Below, one piece after another: positions 28,794 to 62,537 of a stretch of DNA of 64,000 nt (its first letter is position 1; the number at the start of each line of letters is the position of its first letter). A program made the translations under genes and the position numbers. This DNA is from the human T2T-CHM13v2.0 reference genome, Homo sapiens: assembly GCF_009914755.1 (NCBI RefSeq), contig NC_060943.1; one strand, given 5' to 3'. Below the pieces are notes generated by a model, which saw only the letters and a list, made by a program, of their open reading frames with translations, was not told the DNA's origin and did not search any database.

Positions 28794-29463
28794 TATGTGC
28801 CTGTTTTTATACCAGTATCCTGCTGTTTTGGGGACTAGGGCCTTATAAAATATATTATGCCTTGAAGTCAGGTAACACGATGCCTCCAGATTTGTTCTTT
28901 TTGCTTAGTTTTGCTTTGGCTATGTGAGCTCTTTTTTGGTTCCATATGGATTTTATCAGTGATTTTTCTACTTCTGTGAAGAACATTGGTGGTATTTTGA
29001 TGGAAATTGCATTGAATTTTTAGATTGCTACTGATTTGTGTACGTTGATTTTGTATCCTGAAACTTTGCTGAATTCATTTATCAGTTATAGAAGCTTTTC
29101 AGAGGAGTCTTTAATGTTTTCTAGGTATACTATTATATTACCATCAAACAGCAACAGCTTGATTTCCACCTTACCAATTTAAAACTTTTTTTTTTTTTTT
29201 TGAGACGGAGTCTCCCTCTGTCACCAGGATGGAGTGCAGTGGCACGATCTTGGCTCACTGCAACATCTGCCTCCGGGGTCAAGCGATTCTCCTGCCTCAG
29301 CCTCCTAAGTAACTGGGACTACAAGTGTGTGCCACCACAGCCGGCTAATTTTTGTGTTTTTAGTAGAGACAGGGTTTCACTATCTTAGCCAGGCTGGTCT
29401 CGAACTCCTGGGCTCATAATCCACCCGCCTCGGCTTCCCAAACTGCTGGGATTATAGGCATGA

Positions 29464-29732
<269 letters not shown>

Positions 29733-31489
29733 TGAACTCCTGACCTCGTGATTCGCCCGCCTTGGCCTCCCAAAGTGTTGGGATTACAGGTGTGAGCCAC
29801 TGCACCCAGAAAGAGCCGCTAATTTTACTTTGGAAATATAGTGAATATTTATATTAAAAGCTAGGCTAAGCTTACTATTATGTAGAAAATTTGTGATTTG
29901 CATGTGCATTATTACCCATTAAGTGGTCTACAGTTTCTGAAAGTTTCAGAAACACCAATATAAAAATACTATTTCTGATTGAATAAAGGATATCAAGTTA
30001 TTTTAGTTACTAAATGAAACAGATTGGAATTACTGGTCACAATGTGGTTTTAAATGTTATTTAATGAAAACCTGAAGTTTCTGTTCAACTCATGTTAACT
30101 ATTTCTATTGTTTTTTTCAGTTCTATTAGAAAAATATTAAAATTTAAATTGCTACAAATGTATGAATGTATTCAAATCTAAACACAGTGCCAATCTTAAA
30201 AGATCTGTATGCATAGGATTATAGAACACCTATTCTCTTTTTACACTTAGAAGATAAATAACTGCTTTTCAGTAAACCCAATGGGGCAATTGTGACTCAC
30301 AATCATAAGCTACTAAAATATTAATACTATCATCTAGAAAGTATTTATTAATTCATTTTTCTTACTTATGAAACACAATCATAATTTCTAGTTGACATAA
30401 CACTAGATTTGAGGTGCTGTGGCTGTAGTAACTAGAAATGTCATGGTTGACTCAGCTTTACCTTCTGCCTATTTCTCACAAACACAGCAAAACAAGGAAG
30501 GCCAGAAATCCTACACCTTGATTGCAAACACACCAGTACCCTTCTAGGGAGAATATATGTTTGAACATATTAACTTGAAATTCCTGGCATCTTTTCTTGA
30601 AGAACAGACTTTTTTTTTTTTTTTTTTTTTTTTTGAGCTGGAGTTTTTCTCTTGTTGCCCAGGCTGGAGGGTAATGTCGCTGTGTCGGCTGACCGCAACC
30701 TCTGCCTCCTAGGTACAAGCGATTCTCCTGCCTCAGCCTTCTGAGTGGCTGGGATTACAAGCACCTGCCACCATGTCTGGCTAATTTTCTTTGTATTTTT
30801 AGTAGAGACAGGGTTTCATCATGTTGGCCAGGCTGGTCTCGAATTCCTGACCTCAGGTGATCCGCCTGCCTTGACCTTCCAAAGTGCTGAAATTACAGGC
30901 ATGAGCCACGATGCCCAGCCTGAGGAACAGATTTCTATATGGCAAATAATAAAGGCAAATAAAAATTAATGCTAAAATAGAATGAGGAAAGTATTCTTTC
31001 TTCACCAGAATGGTTGTGACAGAATGGTTGCAGCAGGGTGGTCTTAAATAACCCTCACTCTATTTTGTTATTCTTGAGTTATGGTCATAAGACATTTATG
31101 CTTATTTGAGAGAAATCTTTTTTTCCTAATTCAGAAATTTAGCATGATTTTCACAATCTCACATTTTCAAAAATGGTTCATTATAAAAAAGAAAGATGAT
31201 TAAACCAACTTCCATTTTTTCCCCAAAGAGTAACAAATTAAATCTGTAGTCTAAAGTACAGCTAATAAAAAATAAAGATTAGTCACTTATTCTAGCTGCA
31301 TAATTGGGAATAAAACACTTCTTGAGCTATAGACCAAGAGCTTTCAGAGATGTTAGCTTATAGAATGTCGAGCGACCTGGTACAGAGACTTTCACCCCTC
31401 TTTCAAAAGGGAACATAATACTGAGTCTTTCACCCCAATTCCAACTATTAAGCCAGAATGGGAGAAGTGTAACATGTCATTATCCACAA

Positions 31490-34930
<3,441 letters not shown>

Positions 34931-34934
34931 ACTC

Positions 34935-38245
<3,311 letters not shown>

Positions 38246-38660
38246 TTTAAAACATTATAGAAGGATAACAATGTTTCAAATATTGTCTTCATCATTAATT
38301 TGGCTGAATAGTATCCAAAATATATAGTTTTTGTGCTGTTTTTTTCGCATTATTTTTCAGCCACAACACAACCATAGGTACTCTGATATTTAACAGCATG
38401 TTCTGGACACAGCACAGTGTATGAGAGGAGCCAATGTAGTTTAGGGTTTCTAAGCTTGGGGCACCTGGAGTTTCTGGTGCTGATGGTAACGGTATGATAG
38501 ACAGTAAATGGGCAGGTGATGTTTATTGTCCCATGACTGTGAACACAGTAAACAAGCTTGCATGCAAAATAATAGGAAATGTTTTAATCCACAAGTTGCC
38601 AAAATTTCCAAAATTCTTCAGAGAAAATGACCAAGGAGTTGGCTATACTTAGATGACTCA

Positions 38661-39038
<378 letters not shown>

Positions 39039-39275
39039 TCAGTATGGAAAAGAAATATTATCTCAAATTTCAAATTCACAGAGGTCACTTTATTATTTTG
39101 CCATGTTTAACATTCACTCTTAAAGTAGAAGATTCTGCATAGAAATTAAGTTACACTACATTACAGAAAAGTAAATTTAAAATTCTTTACTTACCATTAG
39201 AACTCCTAAAATTTTGATTTCTAAAATATATTCTCTAGCAAATTTTGTATTTGCTACACGTTGTATAAAAATCTA

Positions 39276-39575
39276 GGCCAGGCGCAGTGGCTCACGCCTG
39301 TAATCCCAGCACTTTGGAAGGCCGAGATGGGCGGATCATGAGGTCAGGAGATCGAGACCCTCCTGGCTAACACGGTGAAACCCCGTCTCTACTAAAAATA
39401 CAAAAAATTAGCTGGGCGTGTTGGCGGGCGCCTGTAGTCCCAGCTACTCAGGACGCTGAGGAAGGAGAATGGCGTGAATGTGGGAGGCGGAGCTTGCAGT
39501 GAGCCGAGATCGTGCCACTGCACTCCAGCCTGGGGGACACAGCGAGACACTGTCTCAAAAAAAAAAAAAAAAAAA
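39276..39575 (+). mobile_element. AluY-type element
   Basis: gagatcgagacc..cctggctaacacggtgaaac and agaatggcgtgaa; A tail. Confidence 0.85.
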
Positions 39576-40438
39576 TTAAACAGATTTCAACAAGAAAAAA
39601 TAATAAAAATTTAACCTACGGAAACAGTATTTTTTAAACTTATTTGCAGTTGAAAGCCACTGGCAAAGGAGATTACCAGAGATGTTAGTTGATTACATTA
39701 CCAAATAGTATATTCTTACTATCATTTACCTACACCTTTGAGTAAATGGGATAGGTTTCAGTTAGTGGCATAATAATGCTTCATTGAATGCACAATAGTA
39801 TTAACATGTTAAAAATGTATAATGAAACAAGTTCACACATCATCTGAAAATTTAAAAATGTACTGCATTTTATTACATAAAAGTACAAATAGTAAAATAA
39901 CGTACTACTAATTTTTTAATTTTAACAAAACTTAAATGTTCTTACTATAATGCAAAAGAATATTACTCTAAACACCTACCTCATGCACCACTCAATATCA
40001 TAATTAACCACAAATATCATCTCCACTTAGATTTTCATCATGCATGTTACATTTTAATGTCCTTACTCTTCCAAAGAAAAGGTCATAAATAATGCCCACC
40101 TAAAAAAAAAGAAACTCTCCTATCTTTGATGCCGTGACAACTGATCACATGCTTTCACATGTGAATACAATAGAAATGAAGAAATAGCATCAAGTAACTT
40201 GAGAGTTGAATCACAGCAATATTAGCTTTTTAAAAAATCTGTACTTCTTTTCAAGGAAAAAAGAACACTTTGGGTCGGGCGCTGTGGCTTAAGCCTGTAA
40301 TCACAGCACTTTGGGAAGCCAAGCTGGGCAGAGCATGAGGTCAGGAGTTCAAGACTACCCTGACCAATATGGTGAAACCCCGTCCCTACTAAAAATACAA
40401 AAGTCAGCCGGACGTGGTGGTGTGCACCTGTAATCTCA

Positions 40439-40615
<177 letters not shown>

Positions 40616-40702
40616 CTACTCCTTTTAAAGTTATGTACAAATAAATTTATCTACCGTTAGTTTGGGATCATTTTTAACAGTCAGCACTTTGATATAGTGT
40701 AA

Positions 40703-40954
<252 letters not shown>

Positions 40955-41029
40955 TGATCTGCCCACCTCAGCCTCCCAAAGTGCTGGCATTACAGGCGTG
41001 AGCCACCATGCCCGGCCCTACCTTAGATA

Positions 41030-43473
<2,444 letters not shown>

Positions 43474-44272
43474 TTAATATTTACAAATCTAACTTATACC
43501 AACTATATAAACAAGATGACATAGCAAAATACTACAGATCCTAAATCCTTTATAGACATATAAATGTAACAAAAGCATTCTGACCAAAATACATTTGTAA
43601 AAAATTTATAAATAAGTAAAGTCTGTGCAGTGCCCCAGGTGATGACAATGCAAAGAGCCACATAGGAGAAAAAAGAAAAGTCTGTTACATTTACCCAACA
43701 CACCTCTTTCTGCTGCCCAATATAACATAGCGCCTTCAGAAGTAAATTGCCAACTCCTGGTTTCTTTTTTAAAAGACTAAAAAAAATAGTGTCACATACA
43801 TCTTTATTTCTGGCTCTTAGGGGCCTTTTCAGACACTGGTTTCTGTCTCCCATGACATAAAGTGCTAAAAGAAATGGTGGTATACTTTGGAATGACAGTT
43901 TGAGTCTGCTGAGACCAAAGTTAAGTGTTACAGCAGCAGAGACTGCAGTACCACATACAGGAAACAGGTTTAGCAAGTGATTACTGACTATTTAGAAAAA
44001 ACACTAACATACTTCTTTAACTTAAAAAGCCCACAAAATTTCAGACAAGACACAATCTAAGAAAATGTTTGCGAGACTCCCAAAATCTCTAGCCAAGACA
44101 ACTGGTTTCAAACTATCCCAGGCCTAAGGTACATTATAAAGATTGTGACAGGGCCGGGCACAGTAGCTCACAGCTGTAATCCCAGCATTTTGGGAGGCCA
44201 AGGCGGGTGAATCACCTGAGGTTGGGAGTTCAAGACCAGCCTGACCAACATGGAGAAACCCCATCTCTACTA

Positions 44273-44431
<159 letters not shown>

Positions 44432-44878
44432 TCAAAAAAAAAAGATTGTGACAGGTAGCTTGTTTTTAATGTTTAAATCTCAATCAAAGATTAATGTACA
44501 CAAAATATTAGGGCAGGATGACCCCATCAAAAACATTACTAAACTTTCAGAAAGCAACCATAGGAATATAAAGATGTATAAATTTTTCAATTTAAAATAA
44601 ATTAAATACTACACAGTGAATGAAACAGGAACACAGACAACTACTGAAGTTCAGAAAAATGAGGATAACAATAAAAATATTAAAAATCTCAAAAAACATA
44701 AATTAGGAAGATAAAAATGTCAGACAAGAAGAGAATCTTGGGAGCTGCAAGATAAAGTAATGTATCATTTATAAAAATGTCTTATGAGATAACCAGTAAC
44801 TTTTCAAAAAAAACTGGAAGGCCTGAAGAGAACTGGGTGATATAGTCAAAGTCCTGGGGAAAAAAAAAAAATCTGTCA

Positions 44879-44995
<117 letters not shown>

Positions 44996-45083
44996 CTAGC
45001 TAACATGGTGAAACCCCGTTTCTACTAAAAATATAAAAAATTAGCCGGGCGTGGTCACGTGCCCCTGTAATCCCAGCTACTCA

Positions 45084-45188
<105 letters not shown>

Positions 45189-45655
45189 TCAAAATAAATA
45201 AATAAATAAATAAAAAAGAACTGTCCAACTGAATAAAAAGAAAGACCTTCCAAAATAACCTAATCCTGAAAAAGTATATTGGCACTTCATATGCCCTACA
45301 TACCAAAGATGCTGAAAGGAGTTCATCCCACTGAAAATAACATGATGCAGGAAAACACATAATCATACAAAAATACATAACTTTCTGGGAAAGATATTTA
45401 CATACACAAAAACAGAATTCCTTAGCATTTTAATAATCATGCAGAAAACATTATTAATTTTTCTCTAAAATTTAAAAGATAAAAGCATAGAAATGATTAT
45501 AAACATCTGTTAATGTAACATAAAAATAAATAATTAGTGGCCAGGCACAGTGGCTCATGCCTGTAATCCCAGCACTTTGGGAGGCTGAGGAGGGCGGATC
45601 ACCTGACGTCAGGAGTTCAGGACCAGCCTGGCCAACATGGTGAAACCCCATCTCA

Positions 45656-46012
<357 letters not shown>

Positions 46013-46658
46013 TCACTCTGTCGCCCAGGCTGGCATGATCTCAGCTCACTGCAACCTACATTTCCCGGATTCAAGCAACTGTGGTGCAAATAAGGTTAAT
46101 TTTTACTACATTAAAATTGTTTTATTTTCTAAAGTTTTTATGTAATTCCCAAGGTACCACAAAGAAAATATCTGTATAGATACATAAAAGAAAATAAGAA
46201 AGAAGTGAAAGCATATTAATACAAAAACCAAAGGACACAAAAGAAGACAGAGGGAAAATGAGGGACAAAGATACAAGAATTAAACAATAGAATTAATAAA
46301 ATTACATTAGTTACTCTTTCAGAAAATTATTTAAATATATATAAAATTAACTTTTCAATCTAGAGACATAATTTTCAACGAAATGATTTATTAAAATCTT
46401 TCAAATACCAAGATTCATTTGCCTTTTTGCAAGTCAGTTGAAACCTAATGATAAAAAAAGACTGAAAGTAGCAAGATGAAAGTAGAAATTTTATGTAAAT
46501 ATTAACCAAATGAGAGAAGAAGAGGTCAAAATAATATTACACAAGCTACATCTTAAGTCAAAAAGTGTCATATTTAACAACATGTACTTTAAGTGAAAAC
46601 TCTGAAAAGAGAAAAAAGGACACTGAACAATAGTAGTTTCATTTACTGGGAACAAATG

Positions 46659-46662
<4 letters not shown>

Positions 46663-46701
<39 letters not shown>
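46663..46701 (+). repeat. (GT)n microsatellite
   Basis: Seen directly. Confidence 0.95.
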
Positions 46702-46703
<2 letters not shown>

Positions 46704-47787
46704 CAGACGCACATCTCACATGAGGGTTTCAAATATATAAAACAAATATTGACGGAATTGAAGAAACACACAGAGAGCAATATAATTATAGTAGAATATA
46801 TTAAGACCCCATTTTCTTAATAAAAATAAAACAAGATGGAATATTAGCAAGGGAATAGAAAACTTGAAATCAGTATGGAACAATTATTTCTAACAGAGGT
46901 ATAGAGAGCTGAACATCAGGATACACACCCTTCCCAATAGTTCATACAACATTCTCCTTGAAAGGACCATCTGTTAGGCCAAAAAAAATTCTTAACAAAT
47001 TTTTTAAAACTGAAATTTTATGAATTACTTTCTGTGACCAAAATGGAATAAGATTATAAAACAATAATTTAAAAAACGGAAAAATTCACAAATATATAGA
47101 AATTGAACAACACACTTTTGAGTGTGCTGTTGTTCAAAGGTTGAAATAATTAATATTGTGTAGATGTCCATGCTGCTGAATGTAATCTAGAGATTTAATG
47201 TAATGTCTTTCAAATTTCTTATTGCACTTCTGAAGAAATAGAAACAGCAACCCCAAAAGTATATGGAATCTCAAGAGACTATACTCAACAATCTTCAAAA
47301 AAAGGAACAATGTTAGAGGTATCACAGTTCTTTACTTCAAAATACATGACAAAGCTACATAATAAAAACAATTTTGTGTGAATATAAAGATAAGAAAGTA
47401 GACTAATAAAATAGAATCCAGCACATGAACTTTCACATATATGGTCATATAAAGAGTCATTTGCTTACCCATAATTATTGCAGCACTGTTACTGAAAGCC
47501 AATAGGTAAAAGCAATGCAAATTTCTGTTACAAAATCATTTAGTAAATATAATTTGAAATATAAAAACGGAATATCACTCAGTTTGCAAACAGCAGAAAA
47601 TATTATAACAACTATAAAGATAAATCTTAACATTATACAAAATGAAACGAGCCAGTCACAAAAAGACAGAGATTGTATGATATGTCTAACAGTTACACTC
47701 TGAAACAGAACAAGAATGGTGTTTGAAAAGTGAGATGAAATGGGAATAATTGGTAGTTGTTTAATGTATATTAAGATTTAGCTTTAC

Positions 47788-52275
<4,488 letters not shown>

Positions 52276-52739
52276 TTAAAATAAATGAATAAATAAATAA
52301 AATTATAAAAAAGAAAAAGAAATAAAACATCTGAGTAACTGGAAAAAAGCATACAATATGCTGCCTACAAGAGACTGGTTTTAGCATTGCATTGAATAGA
52401 CTGAAAGTAACGTAATAGAAAAAATTTATTTTTCATGCATATAGTAACCACAATTGGGTAAGGTAGTTATAATTATATTAGACATAATATGCTTTTAGTC
52501 AAGTACTAGCATGAGAACAAAATTGATATTATATAATAATAAAATACGTCAATTTACCAGGAATCTATAACTATTATATCTCTCTCTATATATGTATGTA
52601 TGTATAAAACATAAGAGCTGCAAAATATATAAAGCAAATACTGACAAAAGTGAAGAAATACTTAGCAACATAATAACTGTAAACATCAACACCCCATTTG
52701 CCATAATAAATAAGAAAATAAAAAACTCAGACATTATAG

Positions 52740-53180
52740 ACTGTATTAATTATTTTACCTACAGAGGAATACCTGAGAGTAGATAATTTATAAAGAAAAA
52801 AGGTTTATTTGGCTCACAGTTCAGCAGACTGTACAGGAAGTGTGTGCCAGCATCTGTTTCTGGTGAGTAAGGGTCCTAGTAAGCTTATAATCATTGTGGA
52901 AGGCAAAGTATAAGTGGACACATCACACAGTAAGAGACAGAGTAAGTGTGAGGTGAAGAAGCCAGGTTTTTTTTTTTTTTTTAACCAACCAGCTCTCATT
53001 TGAATCAATAGAGCGTAACCTTTTTGATTATCAAAAGGATGGTGCCAAACCATTTATGAGGAATTTGCTCCCCCACGACCCAAACACCACCCACCAGGTC
53101 CCACATCAAACAGGAGGATTATATTGCAGCATGAGGTTTAGAGAAAATGGACATCCTCTAACCTTAGGCCAACCATATCA
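52740..53180. mobile_element. MST-type MaLR solo LTR
   Basis: aatttataaagaaaaaaggtttatttggctcacagttc...tggaaggcaaag...cccaccaggtcccac. Confidence 0.75.
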
Positions 53181-55661
53181 TATCACCAACTAGGCTTAAC
53201 AGATATGTACAAAACTTACCAGGCAAAAGCAAGAGAATACACACAATATTCTTACTTGCTCCTAGTGTGTTCTGTTACGACACATACCAAGTCTTATTAA
53301 ATTTATGAATACTGGCTGAGTGCAGAGGCTCATATCTATAATCTCAACACTTTGGGAAAATCACATGGGGCAAAAAGTTTGGGACCAGCTTACACAACAT
53401 AGTGAGACCCTGTCGCTACTAATAAATCAAAAAATTAACCAGGGGTAGTAGTGCATTTCTGTAGTCCCAGCTCAAAAATTTGAGGTAAAAGGATCACTTG
53501 AGCCCAGCAGGCTGAGGTTGCAGCGAGCCAAAATCATGTCACTGCACTACAGCCTGGGCAACAGAGTAAGATCCTGTCTCAAAATAACAACAAATACATT
53601 TAAGAAGACCAAAAGTATACACTATGTTTTCTGACCAAAACTGAAAGAAACTAGGCATTAAAAGCCAAAGTAAAACTGGGAAATCCAAAAATATAGGAAA
53701 TTAAAACACACTCTTCAACAGATTCTTTTTTTTTTTTGAGATGGAGTCTCGCTCTGTTGCCAGGCTGGAGTGCAATAGTGTGATCTCGGCTCACTACAAA
53801 CTCTGCCTCCAGGGTTCAAGCAATTCTCCTGTCTCAGCCTCCTGAGTAGCTAGGACTACAGGTGCGTGTCACCACGCCCAGCTAATTTTTGTATTTTTAG
53901 TAGAGACAGGGCTCCACCAGGTTGGCCGGGATGGTCTCGATCTCTTGACCTTGTGATTCGCTCACCTCAGCCTCCCAAAGTGCTGGGATTACAGGCGTGA
54001 GACACTGCACCCAGCCACTTTTCAACATATTCTTGCTCCAGGGTCAAAAAATTTAATTTTTCAAAGACATTACTATGACCTAACAGTGGTGAATGAATTT
54101 AATATAATCTCTATAAAAACCCTAATCACACAGTTTTTTACAGAAATATAGTTTATTTTTTTATTTTTATTTTTTTTAGATGGAGTCTCACTCTATTGCC
54201 AGGCTGGAGTGCAGTGGCTGTAGTGGCCTGATCTCGGCTCACTGCAACCTCTGCTTCCTGGATTCAAGTGATTCTCCTGCCTCAGCCTCCTGAGTAGCTG
54301 GGAATACAGGCACCCGCCACCACGCCCAGCTAATTTTCGTATTTTTTTTTAGTAGAGACGGGATTTCACCATGTTCTCCAGGATGGTCTCGAACTCCTGA
54401 CCTCATGATCTGCCCGCCTGGGCCTCCCAAAGTGCTGGGATTACAAGCGTGAGCCACCGGGCCTGGCCTAAAATTTTTAAATTTGATTACAAACTATAGA
54501 TAAACACCCTTGAAAAAGAACAAAGAGGCATTATACTTTCTGATTTCAAAACATATTAAAAGCTACAACAACAAAACAATGTGGTACTGACACAAAGATA
54601 AACAGATGAAAGAACAGAGAGCCCAGAAATGAACTCTTCTGTATAAGATAAAATAACCTTCCACAAAGTTGCCATGAGCATACAATAAAGAAAAGATATT
54701 CTCTTCAAAAAATATTGTTGAAAACTGGAAAGCGACACTGATGAAATAAAGTTGGATCATTTCCTTGAACAAAATACAAAAAATATGGTTTAACTAAATA
54801 CTTAAACATGAAAAGATAAATAACATCTCTTAGAAAAAACATAGGAAAAAGTCATGTCATTGGTCTTGGCACTATTTTTTTAGATATGACACTAAATGCA
54901 TGAGCAACAACAACAACAACAATAACCATTAAGATTTAACTGCATTATACTTCAAAATTTCTGCACATCAAAACAAAAATTCAATAGACAATGCCTCCTA
55001 GAAAATGGGTGAAAATATTTGCAAATCACAAGAGATGAGTGATGAGTTAATATTCAGAATATATAAACAACTCTTAAAACTGAACAATAAAGCTGAATAA
55101 CTTGATTTATTAATGAAAAAATAATTGAACTGAATTTTCATTTAAAAAGATACCCAAATGGGAAAAAGTATTTGAAAAGAAAAGCAAAATTAATAATTTA
55201 TAGAGAAACACATAAAAAAGAAAAATGAAATCACCTCACACCCATTACAATGGCTACTGTAAATTTATGAAAAACACCAAATCTGTTGATAATGCAATGA
55301 AAATAAAACCCCTGTTGATTGTTGGTAGAAAACAAAAGAGCAGCTATTGTTTTAAAATGTTACAAATATTGGCCGGGCATGGAGGCTCAGGCCTGTAATC
55401 CTAGCACTTTGCGAGACCGAGGCAGGCAGATCACAAGGTCGAGAATTCGAGACCAGCTTGACCAACATGGTGAAACCCCATCTCTACTAAAAATACAAAA
55501 ATTAGCCGGGTGTGGTGGTGCACACCTGTAATCCCAGTTACTCGGAAGGCTGAGGCAGGAGAAATCGCTTGAACCCGGGAGGCGGAGGTTTCAGTTAGCT
55601 GAGATCAGGCCACTGCACTCCAGTCTGGGCAATAACAGCAAAACTCCATCTCAAAAGAAAA

Positions 55662-55903
55662 ATAACATAACATAACATAACATAACATAACATAACATAA
55701 CATAACATAACATAACATAAAACATAACATAACATAACATACATAAAATAAAATAAAATAAAATATAAAATAAAATATAAAATAAAATAAAATATAAAAT
55801 ACAAAATAAAATAAAATAAAATAAAATATAAAATAAAAAATAAAATAAAATAAAATATAATATAATATAAAATAAAATAAAATACAATACAATAAAATAC
55901 AAT
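55662..55903 (+). repeat. Compound pentanucleotide repeat (TAACA)n then (TAAAA/TATAA)n, derived from the tail of the Alu at 55371-55660
   Basis: Seen directly. Confidence 0.95.
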
Positions 55904-56142
55904 AGGAATTACAACTATCCAAGCCCCTTGTAACCAGCCAACTAAAGGTGGACCCCAGCACAGAAACTGCAGGCTTGAGACCAAGCTACTACCCCTCTCC
56001 ACAAACCCAGAGGGCATCCCAGAACCCTGGCAGCCCAAAAAAGAAGATCTTGTCTGGGCGAAGTGGCTCATGCCTGTAATCCCAGCACTTTGGGAAGCTG
56101 AGGCGGGTGGATCACAAGGTCAGGAGTTCAAGACCAGCCTTA

Positions 56143-56295
<153 letters not shown>

Positions 56296-56948
56296 CTACA
56301 GCCTGGGTGACAGAGTAAGACTCAGTTTCGGAAAAAAAAAAAAATCTTTACCTTCTGAAATCAGTTTATCAGTTTATAAAAAGTTGAAGAGGCATTTGCA
56401 TTTTCAAATTTACAGACACCAATGCCAAACTATATTGTGCCCACTTGTCAATGCTTCTCTTTTAACATAACACTGAAAATATGTGGCAGAAGAATTAGTC
56501 AAAAAATAAAAAACCCATTGAAATTGAAGACAAGTAAAATGTTTGTTTGTAGATCATAAAATCTTACATATAAAAATACATAAACAGTACATTAAAACCT
56601 ATCTAATAAATACACTCAGTAAATTACCAAATATAAACTCAACTTATAAGTTATCATTCTATAAACCTAAATTGTCTAATAAAATAAAGGAAGAAAGCAA
56701 TATTATTTATAATAGCATTAAAATAATATATTTCTGAGAACAAATTCACCCAAGAAAGTGAAAAAAATCTTTACAATAAAAGATATAAGATTTCAATGAT
56801 GAAATCAGAGAAGACACAAGTTTTAAAATATTTAATATCTATGGATTTAAAGAATAAATATTGTTAAAATACCATATTATCCAAAGTGAGCTATAGATTC
56901 AAGAAACTCCCTACCAAAATTCTAGTGGCATTTTTTTCATAGTAATAG

Positions 56949-57299
<351 letters not shown>

Positions 57300-57949
57300 T
57301 AAGAGACAGGGTCTCCTTATGTTGCCCAGGTTGGTATCCAACTCCTAGGCTTAAGGGATCCTTCTGCCTTGGCCTCCCAAAGTGATAGGATTACAGCTGT
57401 GAGCCACTGCCCCCCCAGCCAAAACTACAAGAAACTGAATAGTCAAAGCAATCATGAGGAATAAGAACAAAGTGAACATCATACTTTTAAATTTCAAACT
57501 ATATTTCAAGCCTGTAGTAATACAAATAAGATGAAATGTGCAGAAAAATAAAAAAAACAATGGAACAGAAACCACAACTCTTACACATTTCAGACATGAT
57601 GCAAAAAGAGAACTTACAAAATAGTTTAACACAGAGTTTCTCAAAATTATGCAGATATTTCTGAGTCTCCAAAAACAATGGAAAAAAAAAAGTCAGATTG
57701 TGCAATCTCTTATATGCCATGAAGAGGACTTTAGCTCACTGTAAACTTGAAGGAAGATCGCTGAAGGGAAAGTAGAATTTTTAAAGAATTTAAAAGCATA
57801 AGACAGAAGACGCCCCTATATTAAAGTTAAAAAAACAAAACAGCTGCCTAGAAACTTTGGAACACAGATTTCCAAGTCAAATTTTAAGGACTGGTTTTCT
57901 CTTTTACCTTTGGACCTCACATCTGTGTCATCTGTTGTGTTCACTCTCA

Positions 57950-58084
<135 letters not shown>

Positions 58085-58870
58085 TCATATTCTCCAATTA
58101 CCAACCTAGTAATTTTCTCAGTAAAGAGAATGTAGGCCAGGCACAGTGGCTCATCCTGGTAATCCCAGCACTCTGAGAGGCCGAGGTGGGTAGATCACCT
58201 GAGGTCAGGAGTTCAAGACCAGATGGGTCAACATGGCAAAACCTTGTCTCTACTGAAAATACAGAAATTAGCTGGATATGGTGGTGCACACCTGTAGTCC
58301 TAGCTACTCGGGAGGCTGAGGCAGGAGAATCACTAGAACCCAGGAGGCAAAGGTTGCAGTGAGCTAAGATTGCACCACTGCATCCAGCCTGAGTGACAGA
58401 GCAAGACTCCGTCTCAGAAAAAAATATTTTAAAAAGAGAATGTAATAGAATATTCTAGTATATTAATCACAAAATATATTCTAGTAAATTAATCACAAAA
58501 TACTAACTTATAACAAAATTTCTAAATATTAAGAAAATATTTTCAATTTGTATGTTCTTAATTTTACTACTCAGTGCTACTGAATCAAAAATTGGTGGTG
58601 GCAATTAGATTTTAAGGTGTGGGCAACAGTATTTTATGCCACTAAATTTCTGGAATTACCACTAATCTAGAGTGAAGGATACAGATCAGCTCAGAAACGT
58701 GGAAAGTTCAGGTCAGGGTGAAACATCTACACAGATAAATCCTACATTTTCTTAAAAACAGGTAGTTGAAACTCATTTATGTAAGCATAAATTGCCAAAA
58801 AAACACGCAACAAAAAAGAGAAATAAAACCTTTAGAGTATATTAGGAATTGTATATTAAAGTTATCCTCA

Positions 58871-59363
<493 letters not shown>

Positions 59364-60693
59364 TTACCAAGTGGTTATGGACAGAATTTTTAATTTGACT
59401 CAAGGTGAAATGAGAGAGTAAAGAGAACTGGTTCTGACTTATAGGAGTGACTGAAATTATCCAATAAAATAATTTTCAACACAGAAATATTCTCGAATGT
59501 ATTCTCTAACTCTGAAAAAAGAGAGTAGTATAAGATCCACAAAATCAGTGTATATATGTTACTTTTCTGAATGATAAAGTATAAACTTAAGGGCATGAAC
59601 AGAAACATGTACATTTTTTATTGCTATATATACATCATACAGAATGACTTGTGTATATTTTTCAGATGGAAAAGACATGTTGAGTTAGAAAGTGCTTCTC
59701 AAATTTTAGTCTGTAAAATAAACTGGAGATCTTGTTAGTGGAGATTATTTTTTCAGAAGATCTGGAATAAAGTCTCAGTTTTTAAATTTCTAACAAGCTC
59801 ACCAATAATTCCAATGTTTTTGGCCCAAAAAGAATATTTTGTCAAACATCCCGTAAGTAAAAGGGCCTGTGTTTTTTTCAGTTTTACTTACCTGTACAGA
59901 AAGATAAGAGCTTTCATTTTCCAAAGACATATGTATACAAGGAAAACCTAAGAAAAAGTCAGCTCCCAGATAAAATATGATGATTTATGCACATTAGCTG
60001 CATAAAGATACTTAATAATGAACAGAAAAATAATTAACTCTATGGTGAAAAAATCTTTCAGAGAGCTCTTTAACCAAAAGACTTATTTTGTCTTTTTTTT
60101 TTTAACCGAAAGAATTATTAACATCAACTGCACTAGGACAAATTTTTATGATGTGCTAATGCATAACACAGAAGGACACAGCACCACTGCTGGAATATTC
60201 CCCCCAAAAGTGAATTATAGTCTGAATTTAACCATAAAGAAAACATCAGTTCTGTGCAAAGTTCAAGATAAACATATCTTTCCCGTTTTAATTTTTAATA
60301 ATGATTTTAGGTAGACATCTTGAGAATATGCCTTTAAAGGTGTCAGCACCACCTGTTTACCTGATACCACCACACCCACAAGCAAAAAGATGAAGACTTG
60401 CAGAAAAAGTCCACCCATTTCTGTCCTTAATAACAGAAGAGATGCGGGAAAAACACGCTGCACCATGGAAATAAAGATATAAGTTTCATTTTTCCTGTCC
60501 TCAGGTGCCCTTCCCTTACATGGACACCAACAATTTCTGCTACAGTAATAAAAATATGGACCACACTGTCCTCTCCCTACCAAACCCAAACAGAAACAGC
60601 CCTATGGCCACCCTTTTAGTGCAAAGGTGAGACTTAACTCTTATGAATGTATCTGAACCCCTCATACTCAATTCTAGCCTCATGTTAAAATCA

Positions 60694-62537
<1,844 letters not shown>

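Noticed and set aside
55595-56071. F/Y/I/L-rich membrane-protein-like ORFs
   Set aside because: Translations of the pentanucleotide repeat.
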